A stretch of DNA of 64,000 nucleotides from Lingula anatina (GCA_051362555.1 CM120643.1:3968001-4032000), one strand, 5' to 3'; counted from the stretch's first letter, positions 1 through 14,100 are shown. Notes: generated by a model from the letters alone, not told the origin. A program made the numbers and translations.

Positions 1-1029
1 TATAAAAACAGTTGCCCTGTATAAATAAAAAGACAACATAGAATACATATTTCAAATAAAAACATCTGGATACCTGGATACACAAATGATTTAGCAAATA
101 CAGAGCAGACCGCAAAGCCTTGATTGTTGCAAGTGCAATTGTATATACAATCACTATGATTTAACTATAAAATAAATGAATAATAATGAAATAAGATAAG
201 ACAGTCGCATGTGAGTTTATCACATGATTGACACCAAGTGATATTGACAACTATAATTACATATATCCTCATGATTCAAAGGGCATAGGGTAGGTATAGG
301 ATTCAATGTATTAGTGGCTCAGCATGTTCCTTTTATGAGGAACTAAGCTGTAACAAACTATAGGCAAATGAGACCCACTGTTTAATATTTGTTGCAACTA
401 AGACAAATTAATCAAGCTTAAAGATCTAATAATTAATAGGGAGCCCACTAGCATTCTGCTGCCCAGATTAATATCAGATGCCTTGAATAAAAGTGACTCT
501 TCTCTTTAAACTGAACTATATCTACCAGTCACCCTACTCATTATCATTATTCCTTAATTGATACTGTTTGTCAACGTATTTCTTTATTGATACTATTTAT
601 GTATACCTTTACTGATTCTATTCATAAGGGAAAGTTACAAGGATTATTCCTAACAGTCCTAATTAAATTAATCACATTGCAGCTTGTTCTGTGAAAAGCT
701 ATCCTACTTTTTCTGGCTCACAAGATACAGTAAATATTCCCTAAAATACATTCTCATTGAAGTTGGGCTTAGCCTATACATATTTATATTCACTAATGGT
801 TGCACATGTGCAGCAATGTATTGGGGGGGAGGAACACTCCACAAATAACATAAAAGATTCTACCATGATACTTAAGCCTCTGTCTCATAAAATCCCACCA
901 TAACATTTGTTTGTATATCTTGTTGTGTGAAGCCTTACATTATTTTGTGTAAATGCAATGGTAATTATGATAAATATGGATGAACTAATAATGAGATGTT
1001 AATCATGGCAAGAACATACAGCTAGCTTA

Positions 1030-1226
1030 GGCTGTATTCCCAGAGCTTTTAGATTGATCTGTCCCCGCGGGGAGTCTAACTAGATTACTGTCAGATAATC
1101 CGGCTTAAATGTCCGTCCCGCCTACTACAAGCTGTAAGGGGGTATTTAACTTTCGTGTCCGCCCCACTGACAGCTGTTTAGCGTGAACCCCTAAAGTAGA
1201 TCTATCTAATCTCTGGAAATGGGGTC
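1030..1226. mobile_element. Tourist/PIF-Harbinger-like MITE, copy 1
   Basis: Imperfect terminal inverted repeats (GGCTGTATTCCCAGAG...CTCTGGAAATGGGGTC) are flanked by TTA on both sides (1027-1029, 1227-1229). A second copy lies at 14807-15036. Confidence 0.7.
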
Positions 1227-1355
1227 TTATTCAACAGAGAGGAGTTGTTTCATATCTTAAAACCTTTAAGTATTTACAAATAAAATAATAATAACACTAA
1301 TAAACTTTTTTATCATTTTCTTATTTTCTTTCTTTCATATCACTTTTATCAGTCA

Positions 1356-4302
1356 CCCAGACAGCCTCAATAATCTGGCCCACGTCTGGCCCAGATCTGG
1401 CAACGTCTGGCAATATCTGGGCCAGATTTTGCCAGACACTTGCCAGATCTGGGCCAAGTCTGGCAAAGTCTGGCATTTACGCCACATTTTGCCAGATGCT
1501 GCCCAGACTTGGGCCAGATATGGTACTTTCATTTTCAATTTTTATTTTCTATTTATTTATTTTTTATTGACCAGTGAGCTGAATGCATTGAACTGACGTC
1601 ATTTGATAAATTTTGATTTAATTTATCTCTCTCTTTTTTCTTCAAAGTCCCCTCATAAGTGTGCTATTTGTTTAATTTGACTTGACATTTGAATGAATTC
1701 ACTGATCTAAAACTTTTTTGGACTACTCGTTCCGCTGTTGTAAGATTCCGCTTTTTATGCTAAGCCGGTCAAGGACCCGGATGTAGCGTTTCTTAGAGTT
1801 ATGGATATGAAAAAAGCACAAGCGTATCAAACTGATACAATTTCGTTGAGTGATTTGATTCGTGGTGCGATTTATTTCGAAGGCATCAACACTGGCGACG
1901 AGGATAAACACTAGTGCAAAACTGTGAGTCAAGTTTCTTTGAAAAAAATGGAGAAAAAATGTGAAATTACGGAATTCGAACCGTACAGAAGTCCGGAGAC
2001 ATTGGGTCACGCTCGACGCGATGGCTAGACAGTTTAAACTTTTCGCTGACGGAAAAAGATTGATCTTTTCAAAACCAACGAACGGCATGAATAATGAACA
2101 AAGATAGAAAATTAAAAATACATGACAATGGAGACGCGCGCTTATGTTGTATTCAGCAGGGACAGGTGTACAACTTACAAGATATTTTCAGGACTCTCCC
2201 AAACACAGGTTAGAAACATGAATATACATAAGACAGTTAACGCTTTGAATGAAATTGGAACACCAGAAACTGAGTATGATGAAACTGAAGTCATTTGACA
2301 AACCAAGCCAGTCTAAACATTACGAGTTTAGACATGAAAAACGAAGTAGAAACTCCCTGACTGAGAAAACATGGAACGTTGGATCACTTTGCAAAACTCT
2401 GCAAAACTGAAACTATTATTCATGTAAATGACAGCTTTGAACATGAAAATCCAGGAGTGCATATACATTTGGTGTGGGAACCAATGCACAGAAGACATGG
2501 AGGAAATAGAGGAGGTGTTAATCTCAGTGTATTACCAGATTCAGGTGCATATTGTAATATCATTGATGAAAATACATGGAGAATGCTGAAATCCAAGAAA
2601 AATAAATGTGGCTCTTGTGGAGGACCAGAAAACAAACAGTATTATTCATGTACACGTCTGAGAAACCTTTAAAAGTGAAGGGAACATTTGAATATGACGT
2701 AAAGACAAGCAAAGGAAGAGACCAGTAGTAGTGAAAGGACATGGGATTTGATATGAGTTGATTAGTTTTGAGAATTTTCAGTGTGGTTTAAGGAATAAAA
2801 GTTGGAGTTCATATGCTATTCTGCAAATGTTTGAAAAGACATTTTAAAGACTGAACTGTCAATTAACATGTTTTGAAAGGACCGTTTCTCTCCAAGAAAG
2901 GAAGGGATGTTGTGTTTGGACTTGACATTTGAATGAACTTTTGTTAACTTGGTAGAGTTACTTGTTCCATTGTTGATTCCTTTAATAATTATAAGCTTGT
3001 CAAGGAGGCGGGTGTATCATTTCTTAGTGTTATGGATTTGAAAAAAGCGCAAGCATTGCAAACTGGTTCAATTCATTGAGTGATTTGATTCGTGATGTGA
3101 TTTAATTCAAAAGCATTGATACTGGGGTTTGTTTTTGTGCACATGTAATTCTCTTTTAATTGTACATCTATATCTGTGCTGGAGTATACATATTTTTTTT
3201 TTCAGAATTTACATGTATGTACAGTACTGTAGCCAGCATGCAAGTTGAATTGAAACAGTTACTGCATGGTTATTTATAATTTTGTTATAACTCTCCATCA
3301 TCTAAAAAAGAATGTTTTTTCATTCATTATTCAAGATTTATTCATTACAAAACTATATTCATTAGTGATTATTATTATTAATGATATGTTTGAATTAGTT
3401 TAAAAATGACAATGTATAATATTATTTAGGTTGAGGTGTGCAAAAATATTTCCCCCTCAAATCCCCCCCCCCCCCCCCATGTACATGCATAATTAATTAC
3501 AATTTTTGTAATTTGTGTTAATTCAGATTCGATGAGCAGCTTTGTGTTGAAAAAAAAATTGTTGTTATAACTGTTTTCTTTACATGTATGTAAGTGACAT
3601 TTCCTCCTGTTAAGTGTCTGTATATTTGCCTTTTTGCAGTGTGGTTTTTTTTTTTTTTTTTTTTTTCAAACATACAAATTGTTTTGTACAAAAAGACAAG
3701 GAGTGGCCCTTAATTTGTTGCATGTTAGTTGCCAGCAAGGTTATATAATGTGTAATAATTTTGTTTAGGCTTTTAGCACAGAATAAATACTTGAATCTTG
3801 AATCTTGTATGTCTTTTTTTATAGTTATCTTATTGAATAATTAAAAATAATTAAAAAAAGAAAAAAAAAAAACAATCTGGGCCATATGTGGTCCATGTCC
3901 GGCCCTAATCTGGCCCACATCCGGCATGCCATACCTTTGCCAGATATTGCCAGATCTGGGCCAGATCTGGCCACATGAGCAAATGTGAAATAATAAAAAA
4001 AAAACAATCTGGGCCATATGTGGTCCATGTCTGGCCCTAATCTGGCCCATTTGAATATGATCTGGCCCATATCTGGCCCACATCTGGCATGCCATACATT
4101 TGCCAGATATTGCCAGATCTGGGCCGACATCTGGCCATATGAGCAAATGTGGACTGGGCCAGATGTGGCAATGTCTGGGCCAGATCTGGCCCAGACATTG
4201 CCACATCTGGCCCACATGTGGCAAGCCATACCTTTTGCCAGACATTGCCAGACGTTGCCAGATCTGGGCCAGACGTGGGCCAGATCACTGAGGCTGTCTG
4301 GG
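1356..4302. mobile_element. Non-autonomous CMC/EnSpm-like DNA transposon with subterminal repeats
   Basis: Termini CCCAGACAGCCTCA...TGAGGCTGTCTGGG are inverted repeats. A 2-bp TSD (CA) is at 1354-1355 and 4303-4304. Arrays of the palindromic GCCAGATCTGGC-type motif lie at both ends (~1370-1525 and ~3875-4290). Confidence 0.8.
1669..3121 (+). mobile_element. Degenerate, internally deleted Gypsy-type LTR retrotransposon nested in the CMC element
   Basis: Two ~220-bp direct repeats (1669-1891, 2908-3121) start with TG. The PBS TGGCGACGAGGAT at 1893 matches the 3' end of tRNA-Ser(GCU). The polypurine tract AAGAAAGGAAGGGA is at 2894-2907. A protease relic VLPDSGAYCNIID lies in ORF 2379-2672. Confidence 0.85.
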
Positions 4303-4389
4303 CACATATTGATATGTAACATCAGCCACTTACAATGTAAACATCACACGATCGGGGCTGACTTAAAAACAAATTACAATATGTTGACA

Positions 4390-5054
4390 TACCTTCTTCA
4401 GCAGGACTGCCTTGTTTCTCAGCTTTCTCATACTTCTTTGCCGCCTGAGATAGCCCCTTCTTGTTAATTAGCTTTCTGTAGCAAGAAAAGTGACATCGTG
4501 GTTTGGCTTCCAAATCGTCGAATCCTTATCTAAATCCGTACTGTACGGATCCACTGAACAGCAGCGGCTTCTCTGCTGCCAAATTTCAGCCATTGTTTCG
4601 CTGCGACTCTAAAAGTTTCCCAGCGAACACGTGTGATGGTATCTAGAGTCTCTTAATTAGCTACCTTCTTCTATGTGCATGCAACACGAAAGATGAGAAT
4701 TTGGCGAAGATTTCGCGTCTCCCTCCTCAGACTCTTCATTACAGCCGACCATGCTGCTTTGTTTACATGGCATGGCCTGGTGGGAAGGTGACGTGACCCC
4801 CTTTCCGTTGCTTTGATTGGTTAATCTGATCTGAATCTGATTAAAAGGCTCGAACGGCGGGGCTATTCATTTTGATGTTTCGGCATAAATACTACCGCAA
4901 TTATCTATATGTTGCCGCACCTCTCGGTTGCCGAATTTATTGTGGATATTCTTTTACTGTTTATCTTAATGCACCGTGAAAATTGTTTGGCCACATCACA
5001 TATTGAAGGAAAGAGCTTTTCTAAACGCTTTTATGCATATCAGGTGGCGGACTA
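4390..5054 (-). mobile_element. 5' end of an AcademX-like DNA transposon with decayed first transposase exon
   Basis: The minus strand starts TAGTCCGCC at 5054 (Academ-type TAG terminus). Downstream, frameshifted coding relics (SCCMHIEE..TITRVRWETFRVAAKQW..PRCHFSCYRKLINKK) end at a GAAG|GTATGT donor (~4392). The HxxCY motif resembles Academ transposase N-termini (recalled, not searched). Confidence 0.5.
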
Positions 5055-7459
5055 CATAATCTGTTTTGATAGCTCCACGGGCGTCTGAACAGCTTATTAT
5101 CAAGGTAGCGCGCGCTGTGATTCAGTGCATTTCTATTGTTTCTCTGCATTGATAACGCAATTTCTCGCAGTCCCTCGTGGTTGCTATGATACAGCATTGC
5201 CGCCAGTTTGCAGTTGCGAGCACACAGGTTTCCGTCAATACGTGGAAATTTATTGAGGGGTTTTCGGCATTTTACCCCGTTACCTCATAAAAACGGGGTG
5301 TGAAGTTTGTCTTCGATACCTGCTGCCTTTCCCTGTCCGTGAGGTTTTTCAGTCAGCAACTATCTTTCATTTATATTTCGTTTTATTTTTCATTAAAAGT
5401 TACCCGTTTACAATATGAGATTAATTTCACCAATACTGATCTTATGGTAATAAAAATGCATATATTTGACATAAAAAAATCTTCTTTTTATTTCTTTTCA
5501 CTTCTTTTTTTTTTTACCCAACTTAATATATTATAATAATAAATTTAGGTCCAAGCTTAGACAAAGACGAATGACGGGGAAAAAACAATGAGCAGAAATT
5601 TCGGTATCTTTAATTATTACTTTTAGTGTTGGTGTTTTATTGTAGAAAGTGCCCTCACCAATCTTTCATTGCTTTATTCGTTTTTTATCAACGTATTATG
5701 ATGGGCCCGGGAATGTTCAAGTTGGAACACTGATACAAGATCTGTAAAAGAAAAAAAACTAAAGAAAATGGCATGAAGAAGGTCTAGAAAAAAGGTGTCT
5801 GGCAACCCCAGCACACGCTTTACGTTTTTCTGTGGGAACAACTCAATATTTTTCACAAGGGCCAGGCTGTCATCCATCAAGAGAAGATCGGTGAGGATGA
5901 TACAGCACTATTGGACCTGTTCATCTGTTCAGTTTAACCCCTTGTCTGTTACGTAAAACGCTTTAGTTAAAGCTCAAGTTAGGATTTAATATCTTTATCT
6001 ACGTCAATATAACCGCTTTACGTCTTCTCCAGTATTGATTTTGTCAGCAATGGAATCCGGTAGAATAAAACCGAGACCTCAGTCTAATGTAAAAGTAATG
6101 ATAAATAAAATTTTATCCTAGTAAATAATCTATTTTTGAGATAGTCTGATACATGCATCAATGTTTTATATTTACTTCGTCTCTGTGTAACAGCAGCAGA
6201 AGTCTTTAAAGAAGTCCTTAAAGCATTGTGTACCATTGACTGATTTGCAGCTACCTACAGGACAGTCTACTTGTTGTGTACCAGTAGTATTGCGGGGATT
6301 TTGTCATTAATGAGCAGATATAAAGTACAATGGTTGGACCAGCTCGAGATTAAATTCCTTATTATCTGTGTAAAAAGCAACACTGTTTTGTAATGTAAAC
6401 GTATTCGCCGTAGCCCGTAGCCCGTAGCCACTTACGATGCAAAATAAAATTTAAAAAAAAAGCATGGAAAATCGTTTACGATTTCATCGCGCAGTACGCT
6501 TTTCAAATGTAATCTAGGCATGAGAATTAAATTTATAATCTAATAACGGTAATAAAATGAAAATACACTTCTCCGGTGGATATGAGTTATCACTTTTTTG
6601 GTGTTTTTGATATGATGATTCTGCTGCATCTAGAGTATTTCGATACAAAAAAAAAAAAAAAATGCCTTTAGTGTAGTATAGATATACCGCCTCGTATCAA
6701 ATCCTGTCGAAAGAAACAGCAAAAGTTTTGGAGTGATATATCAATCATATTTGTTTCTTTTGTATTAACTTATTTTTGCGTAGTATTCTACTAGTTTTTT
6801 TTTTTTTCGAAAATTCATAATTAAATCATGCTTATATTTTTACAGGGCTATCACAAAGTACACGTAGACAAAATTAAAGACATCAAGGGGTGTTTCGTCA
6901 GGTCTTACGTGTAGCCGAAATATCAAAAAGACCTTCTTCTTCCTCTACATGTAGATTACCTTATCTAGACAAGCACATATACACCTGTATTTAAATAAGT
7001 ACACATATTCTTTACATCAGCGAGATTCCTAGACATGACAAATTTAAGTAATGGCAGCTGCACAGGTTTATAAAGTATATCTATGTATGGAATGTGTTGT
7101 TTGTTAGTTTAATCATAGACAACGTAACAACTTGACTTTGTTTAAAAAATTAAGTAGGTAAAAAATCCAAATGTTGTGAGAATAACGACTCAAGACTTTA
7201 CTTGTTGCTTATATTAAACTTGAGCTTATTTACAACAAACAGGCCTATTTTCCGCACTTAAACAGTAAGAGAAGACAAAAAAAAAAAAAAAAAAAAAAAA
7301 AAAACACAATTTGACACAAGCCAAAAATTTAATTGTCTAATGTAAAATGTAATTTTGCCACAAGTCAAGGCGGTTTTAAGTTTGAGCGTAATTTACTTGT
7401 GTATCACGAATATCATTAAAAAGCGCGTAATCGGATGGTTATCAATTTATACAAATGTA

Positions 7460-8905
7460 AGATGTCTTAAAATTTCCCCGTGAACCACCACGACGAGTGA
7501 CCAAGAAGATTTTAAACTTTGAAATCTTTTTACTTCTAAATATTTTGACTTTTATGCCTAGTTTTCGCTTTAAAAAAGAGAAAGAAAATATCCATGTAAA
7601 AGTCACCTTTGTCGAACCAGATAAATAGAAATGCAGTCAAAATTTTAATGGAAGCCTTAGACACGCATATTTTTACATCATAATCATCACCTAATATCTA
7701 AGGCGTGCGATTTTCACCCAAAAGCTGAGACGTATGCAGTTTACTATCTATTTTTCACTTGTGAAAAGATTGTGTTAGTGCAGAAAAAAATTCTTTCACA
7801 CCAGATGACAACTGAAAACTTTAATAAGATTTTTTAAGCATCATTTATTATCATTAAGATCATCATCATTACAAATCTCTGATATGAACATCACTTCCGG
7901 CCAGTCATATATTACTTCAAGGAACCTAATTTGCATATAAGAGAAAAAATGCATTTTTTCTTATTTTGGCTTGTTTCCAATTTTTTCATTACTTTCAAAA
8001 AGTAATGTCCCCTTAAGCTCACAAATCGGAACACTTTTGAGTCATATGCACTGATCGTAAATTGTGTAATTAGTAATAACTTTTTTATATCACAGACGTG
8101 TATCACGTTTTCACTCCACAGCCATAAAACTCGTTGATAGCTGCATGGGTATAAAAGTAGGTCAATTGCCTGTATAAAATTACGATTATTGATTTTTTAG
8201 TATGGACCGTTTTACGGGGGAGACAGAAGTGGAAAATGTATCCAGATGCCAGCAAAATATTTCGGTTGCATAGGGTTGGTGAAAGGCAGAGTATATTGAG
8301 AACTTTTTAAAAAAAGAGTTAAACTAGCCCACATCTCCAGCTTCAACACGTAGAACTTTATACATGCCACGGTTCCTCTCTATTTCATCTGACTCTCCCT
8401 AAAATTTTTCAGACCGCGTTAACTGTTCAGCTCCCGGGAAGCGCGAGCATCCAGCGTGGTGGCAGACGCTGAGCTCTGCAGACGGCACATTGCATTCACA
8501 CAAATGGGGGTAAAGGTTTTCTGGGGGAAATGCTGTATTTTATTACATCTGACGAATTACGTGATAGAGGGAGGAAAATTGACTTTTTTAAAATTTATAT
8601 TGACTAAATGTAATACAAGACACTGATATTTCTTCTCAAAATTGACAGAATAAAGAAACGCAAAAGGATATAACCTATCTCCCCTTACATGGCATATCCT
8701 ATCCGTGAACTTGATCTACTTTAGTTTTCACACTCCTACACACGCTGAGTTTGTATGGTATCAGTAGAAAGGGGGCGTATGGGGGGGGGAGAATTTTGAT
8801 TTAAGTATGGCGTTTTGGTTTTACTCATGTTTTACTCATGTTATATTTTATACAATAGATCATTTTATTTTAAAAGGATAGACCTGATCTGAGAGCGTTG
8901 GTAAC
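7460..8905 (+). repeat. ~1.4-kb dispersed repeat, copy 1 (unclassified non-coding TE-like sequence)
   Basis: Colinear similarity to 41935-43520, e.g. CACTTCCGGCCAGTC, TTACTTCAAGGAA-CTAATTTGCATATAAGAG and GCAGACGCTGAGCTCTGCAGACGGCACATTGCATTCAC. Confidence 0.85.
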
Positions 8906-9149
8906 GTTTTTGGGACGAGAAAAGTAAAGAGATTTAGCTACTTCGAGCACATATTTCAAAGCGTACTGAGTGTAAAAGAGATAAAAATATCGTACCGCAG
9001 CAGGGTGTTTTAAAAGATTTTAAATCCTTTAATCATTTTGAAAAATGACAGAAAAGGAATTGTGTTAAAAAAGAAAGTTGCCGCTATTTACAGTACTTTT
9101 TATGATAATAGGCCTACATTTAACATGGCTATAGCAATAGTACAACTAA

Positions 9150-9680
9150 GATAAGATAAAGTAAGTATTTATTAAGCCAATAAAAATATTTAGATATAAA
9201 TATCGGCAATTGTTATCCTTTGAGAGATAAAACTAAGATAAAACACTGGACAATAAAAAACATGAACTAGGCCTAAAAGTGGAATTAAAGAGAGACAAAA
9301 AACTACTTAAAACCATTTACTGCCCTTAAAAGTCAGAAGTCTGCTGGATAAAAAATTTGAAAAGAGAACTTTTTTGGTGGGTGGGATCCCCACAATTCGT
9401 TTTGTTGTTTTCTCCATTCTGTCTTTCAAGATATCATCCAGTTGGGAGAGATCTCTCTCAATTATTTTACCGGTGGCGCTAATAACGTTGGAGTGTTTTC
9501 CCCGTTCCTCCACTGTAGCCACCAGATGCAATAAAGGTTTTAAAAATACTCTCAATGTTACACGTATAAGAGTTAATTAAAACGGGCTCATTATCTGTAA
9601 AAGTTGCAAGTGATCTAGAAAGCCGCTTTTGCCTAAAGCAAGTTTACTTTTCAAGTGAATTCCTAGGAGTTTTAACTATA
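9150..9680 (-). mobile_element. 3' fragment of a Rex1/Babar-like LINE
   Basis: Minus-strand relics KLLGIHLKSKL, NSYTCNIESIF and ISATGKIIERDLSQLDDILKDRMEKTTKRI resemble the Rex/Babar ORF2 C-terminus. They are followed by AATAAA and a (CTTAT)n tail. Confidence 0.55.
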
Positions 9681-9892
9681 GGCCTATATCTATTGGATTT
9701 AAACATGAAAATACTGGAATATAAAACCGAAAGTGTTGTCCGTAATTGAACCATATGGTAGGGTATATGTGTGCGAGCATGAGTGTTCATGAATGTATTT
9801 GAATGAAGTTAAAAGTTTGTACCATGTATTGTTTATTTCTTTGGTTTAATAGAAAAAAATTGAAAAAAGAATCTGATAAAAAAATTAATTAA

Positions 9893-10176
9893 AAGAGTCC
9901 CACTGGGTATTTTGTTACCAGTTAAAGCCACTTTTTATTTCCCTGAGATGCGTGAAATGTCCATATTATTTAGCATGATCCATGAAGCACCTCATTCCTG
10001 TGGCTCGTAAATGCGGCTTTTTGTTCTTTGCCCTTCGTGAAATAAAGTCTTGTAATTTTCAGGATTTTCAACTAGCATTGTTGGTGTGATATACATAAAG
10101 TTTTGTTTACTGTGATTTGTAAATTAATGATTTTATTTCCTGTGAACTGTGATCACCCCTCCCTAATGGTACCCTC
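9893..10176 (+). mobile_element. ~290-bp MITE-like dispersed repeat, copy 1
   Basis: Colinear with 45063-45359 (GAAGCACC-CATTCCTGTG, GATTTTATTTCCTGT..GTGAACTGTGATC, ending CCCTC). Confidence 0.65.
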
Positions 10177-10505
10177 AATTAAGAAAAGAAAGAAAAACAA
10201 AACTCATTTGATTACAAAAATTTAATATCTTATTGAAAAATTAAGAGAATGACATTTTGCAGGTTTTAACTGGCTTCTACAGAGGCAATGATAGTTCTGC
10301 ATTGACGACCCTGAAAAATAAAAGCTGAAAATATTAAAATATTATTCAGTTAAAATGTGTATTCAGTTAAATATAGTGTAAATAGATGTTGACAGTAACT
10401 CTACAACCACCAGCTCTTTGCTACTATCATATAATTACTGCTTTCATGTACTGTTTGACATAATTTTCCTCTAAAAAACTGAAAGCTTACTTAGTTATGA
10501 TACCA

Positions 10506-11093
10506 TCAAAACAAAGAGACAAACAAAAAGAACTTCTCTGTAAATGTATAATAAATCTATTCTTTTAAAAATACTGTTGACTTTTCTTCATTTCTTAATG
10601 TCTGAAGTGTTTAGAATTAATTAATTAATTAATAATTATAATAATAACCATTTATGTTCGTGCCCTCCGTCTGAAGCAAGACGTGAACAGATTCAATACC
10701 CTCCTCCACCTAGATGGGCCGCTATTCTTTGGAGCTAAAATGTATAAAACAATATTACTTACTAAGAGGCAAAAGTATAAAATGTTCAATAAGTCAGTCA
10801 GGGGCGTAACCAGGCATACGCACGGATGCACTGTGCGTACAATTTTTTGAGCCAACCATGATATTATTCTCCATAAATTCAGTGTATTTTTCACGGAATA
10901 TAATCGTACCTGTGAATTTTCAAAATCTGTGCGTACAATTTTAAATGTTCTGGTTACGCCCCTGAGTCAGTGCAACATCATATTTCATGTATGAAGCTTC
11001 AATGAAACACTTTTACCAGTATTTGGAATAAACAATTCTGCCAATATTATTTTAAACTTGCCAAAAGCACAAACTGTGTTGGCACAACATAAG

Positions 11094-11137
<44 letters not shown>

Positions 11138-14100
11138 ATGCACAATCACATTCCATCAGTGTAACTAGAGGATCAGAGAGGCGATACCGCCTCCGAATAT
11201 TGTACCACCAGCTGGAGCAAGCGCATTCGTATAGACCCCCACATACACAAAATAAGGGACACAGCCACCAGTTTTGTGCTTGACAAGCTGTAAAAATGCA
11301 ATCAACAAGAATTTTTAAACTATTGCAAAAAATATATATGGTACAATCAAATTTAAGTTCTTTGTAAGATAGGTCAAGGGTCAATTTCAAGGTCACAGTA
11401 AATTGCCAGTATATGACTTCCTATTCAAGTTCAAGAGTAACTATGGACCTATCTCTGTCAAGTTTGAAGTTAAAAGAGAAAGAAATTAGCAGGGTTCACT
11501 TCATGATAAAAAGTGGGTCAAAGGTCAATTTCAAGATCACACTTAGATTGCCAGTATAGGACTTCCTATTCAAGTTCAATAGTAACTATGGACCTATCTC
11601 TGCCAGTTTTGGAGATAAAAGGGAAGCAAAATTTGCAAAATTCAGTTCATGGTGAAAAGTAGGTCAAAGGTCAATTTCAAGGTCACATTTAGATTGCCAG
11701 TATATGACTTCCTATTCAATTTCAATAGTAACTATGGACCTATCTCTGCCAGTTTTGGAGATAAAAGGGAAGCAAAATTTGCAAAGTTCAGTTCATGGTG
11801 AAAAGTAGGTCAAAGGTCAATTTTAAGGTCACATTTAGATTGCCAGTATATGACTTCCTATTCAAGTTCAATAGTAACTATGGACCTATCTCTGCCAGTT
11901 TTGGAGATAAAAGGGAAGCAAAATTTGCAAAGTTCAGTTTATGGTGAAAAGTAGGTCAAAGGTCAATTTTAAGGTCACATTTAGATTGCCAGTATATGAC
12001 TTCCTATTCAAGTTCAATAGTATCTACGGACCTATCTCTGCCAGTTTTGGAGATAAAAGGAAAGCAAAATTTGCAAAGTTCAGTTCATGGTGAAAAGTAG
12101 GTCAAAGGTCAATTTTAAGGTCACATTTAGATTGCCAGTATATGACTTCCTATTCAAGTTCAATAGTAACTATGGACCTATCTCTGCCAGTTTTGGAGAT
12201 AAAAGGGAAGCAAAATTTGCAAAGTTCAGTTCATGGTGAATGTAGGTCAAAGGTCAATTTTAAGGTCACATTTAGATTGCCAGTTTATGACTTCCTATTC
12301 AAGTTCAATAGTAACTATGGACTTATCTCTGCCAGTTTTGGAGATAAAAGGGAAGCAAAATTTGCAAAGTTCAGTTTATGGTGAAAAGTAGGTCAAAGGT
12401 CAATTTTAATGTCACATTTATATTGCCAGTATATGACTTCCTATTCAAGTTCAATAGTAACTATGGACCTATCTCTGCCAGTTTTGGAGATAAAAGGAAA
12501 GCAAAATTTGCAAAGTTCAGTTCATGGTGAAAAGTAGGTCAAAGGTCAATTTTAAGGTCACATTTAGATTGCCAGTATATGACTTCCTATTCAAGTTCAA
12601 TAGTAACTATGGACCTATCTCTGCCAGTTTTGGAGATAAAAGGGAAGCAAAATTTGCAAAGTTCAGTTTATGGTGAAAAGTAGGTCAAAGGTCAATTTTA
12701 AGGTCACATTTAGATTGCCAGTATATGACTTTCTATTCAAATTCAGTAGTAACTACGGCCCTATCTCAGCCAGTTTTGGAGATAAAAGGAAAGCAAAATT
12801 TGCAAAATTCAGTTCATGGTGTAAAGTAGGTCAAAGGTCAATTTTAAGGTCACATTTAGATTGCCAGTATATGACATCCTATTCAAGTTCAATAGTAACT
12901 ATGGACCTATCTCTGCCAGTTTTGGAGATAAAAGGGAAGCAAAATTTGCAAAGTTCAGTTCATGGTGAAAAGTAGGTCAAAGGTCAATTTCAAGGTCACA
13001 GTAAGATTGCCAGTATATGACTTCCTATTCAACTTCAATAGTAACTTTGGACCTATCTCTGCCAGTTTTGGAGATATAAGGGACTAAATGTTATAATTTT
13101 GGAGTTACCATAATGTGCCTTAAATTTCGCACAGAAAAAATTAATTAAAATAAAGAAAATGTCATTTTGGTCAAAATTCTTGAAATAGGAGGTGCTCTGA
13201 AGTTTCAGAAGTTCAAATTTGATGAAATAATGTCATTTTTGAACACAAGTTGTCTGCTTTGCCAAGCCTTATGTTTTATTTTTCCAGAGTTCAAAATTTA
13301 TTATCCATTACCGTACTGCACATTTTGCTTTTACCACCAATATGTACTTTTTGATACAGCATAACTCGAAAACCGTATGGAATACAAAAAAACCGAGACC
13401 ACCTCCAGTGTTGGGCTTTACATGCTCTACAAAATGCAAAAAAGAATGGGTCTCTAGCATTAACGGTTCCCGAATTAGAGACAGTTTTCAGTTTCGGTAT
13501 CTTATGGCCGCTACTCCCGTGAAAATGCACCGATTGACCCCAAATTCATGGAGATGAAAGATGACCTGAAGGGTAACACTTTCCAATAATATTATTGGTT
13601 AAGTCTGTGTAGTGTCTGAATAACAGGGCAAAAAAAATTTTTTTTCGTAAAAAATTTCATTTTTTTGAAAATTTTGACCCATTTGACCTTGAAGTAAAGG
13701 TCAAAGGTCAAATCCAAGGGTATATTTGAAATCTACACATATGACTTTTGGAAAGCCGTCTATAGAAATTTTTCCCATAACTCCTTCCGTAGGGTAGATA
13801 ATTAGCATTTAATTTTGCCATTTTTAGACAAGGGTGCATTGTAATGAGTGCCACACCCAGACCCCAATACCGACAAAGCCCAAATTTTACGTGGAACGAG
13901 TTGAGATTATAGGTGACCTAAATCCATGAGATGGGTACGGGGGCCCTTACCGTCTAGGAGGAGAAGCGGTAACGGTAGCCGTCCGGCGGAGCCGGCGGAA
14001 CGATCCGGACGGGACCGAAACCATGTGTACCGCCAGCGCTAACGCTGGTGGTACAATAAATATTGACCCTACTATTCTATTGACCCTACTGTCTTACCTC

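Noticed and set aside
3825-4467. Overlapping Trp/Pro/Gly-rich ORFs (also 1353-1538)
   Set aside because: They are translations of the palindromic subterminal repeats of the CMC-like transposon.
11052-13557. ORFs over the (GT)n tract, the 146-bp satellite and the Helentron body
   Set aside because: They are repeat-derived, with no Rep/helicase motifs.
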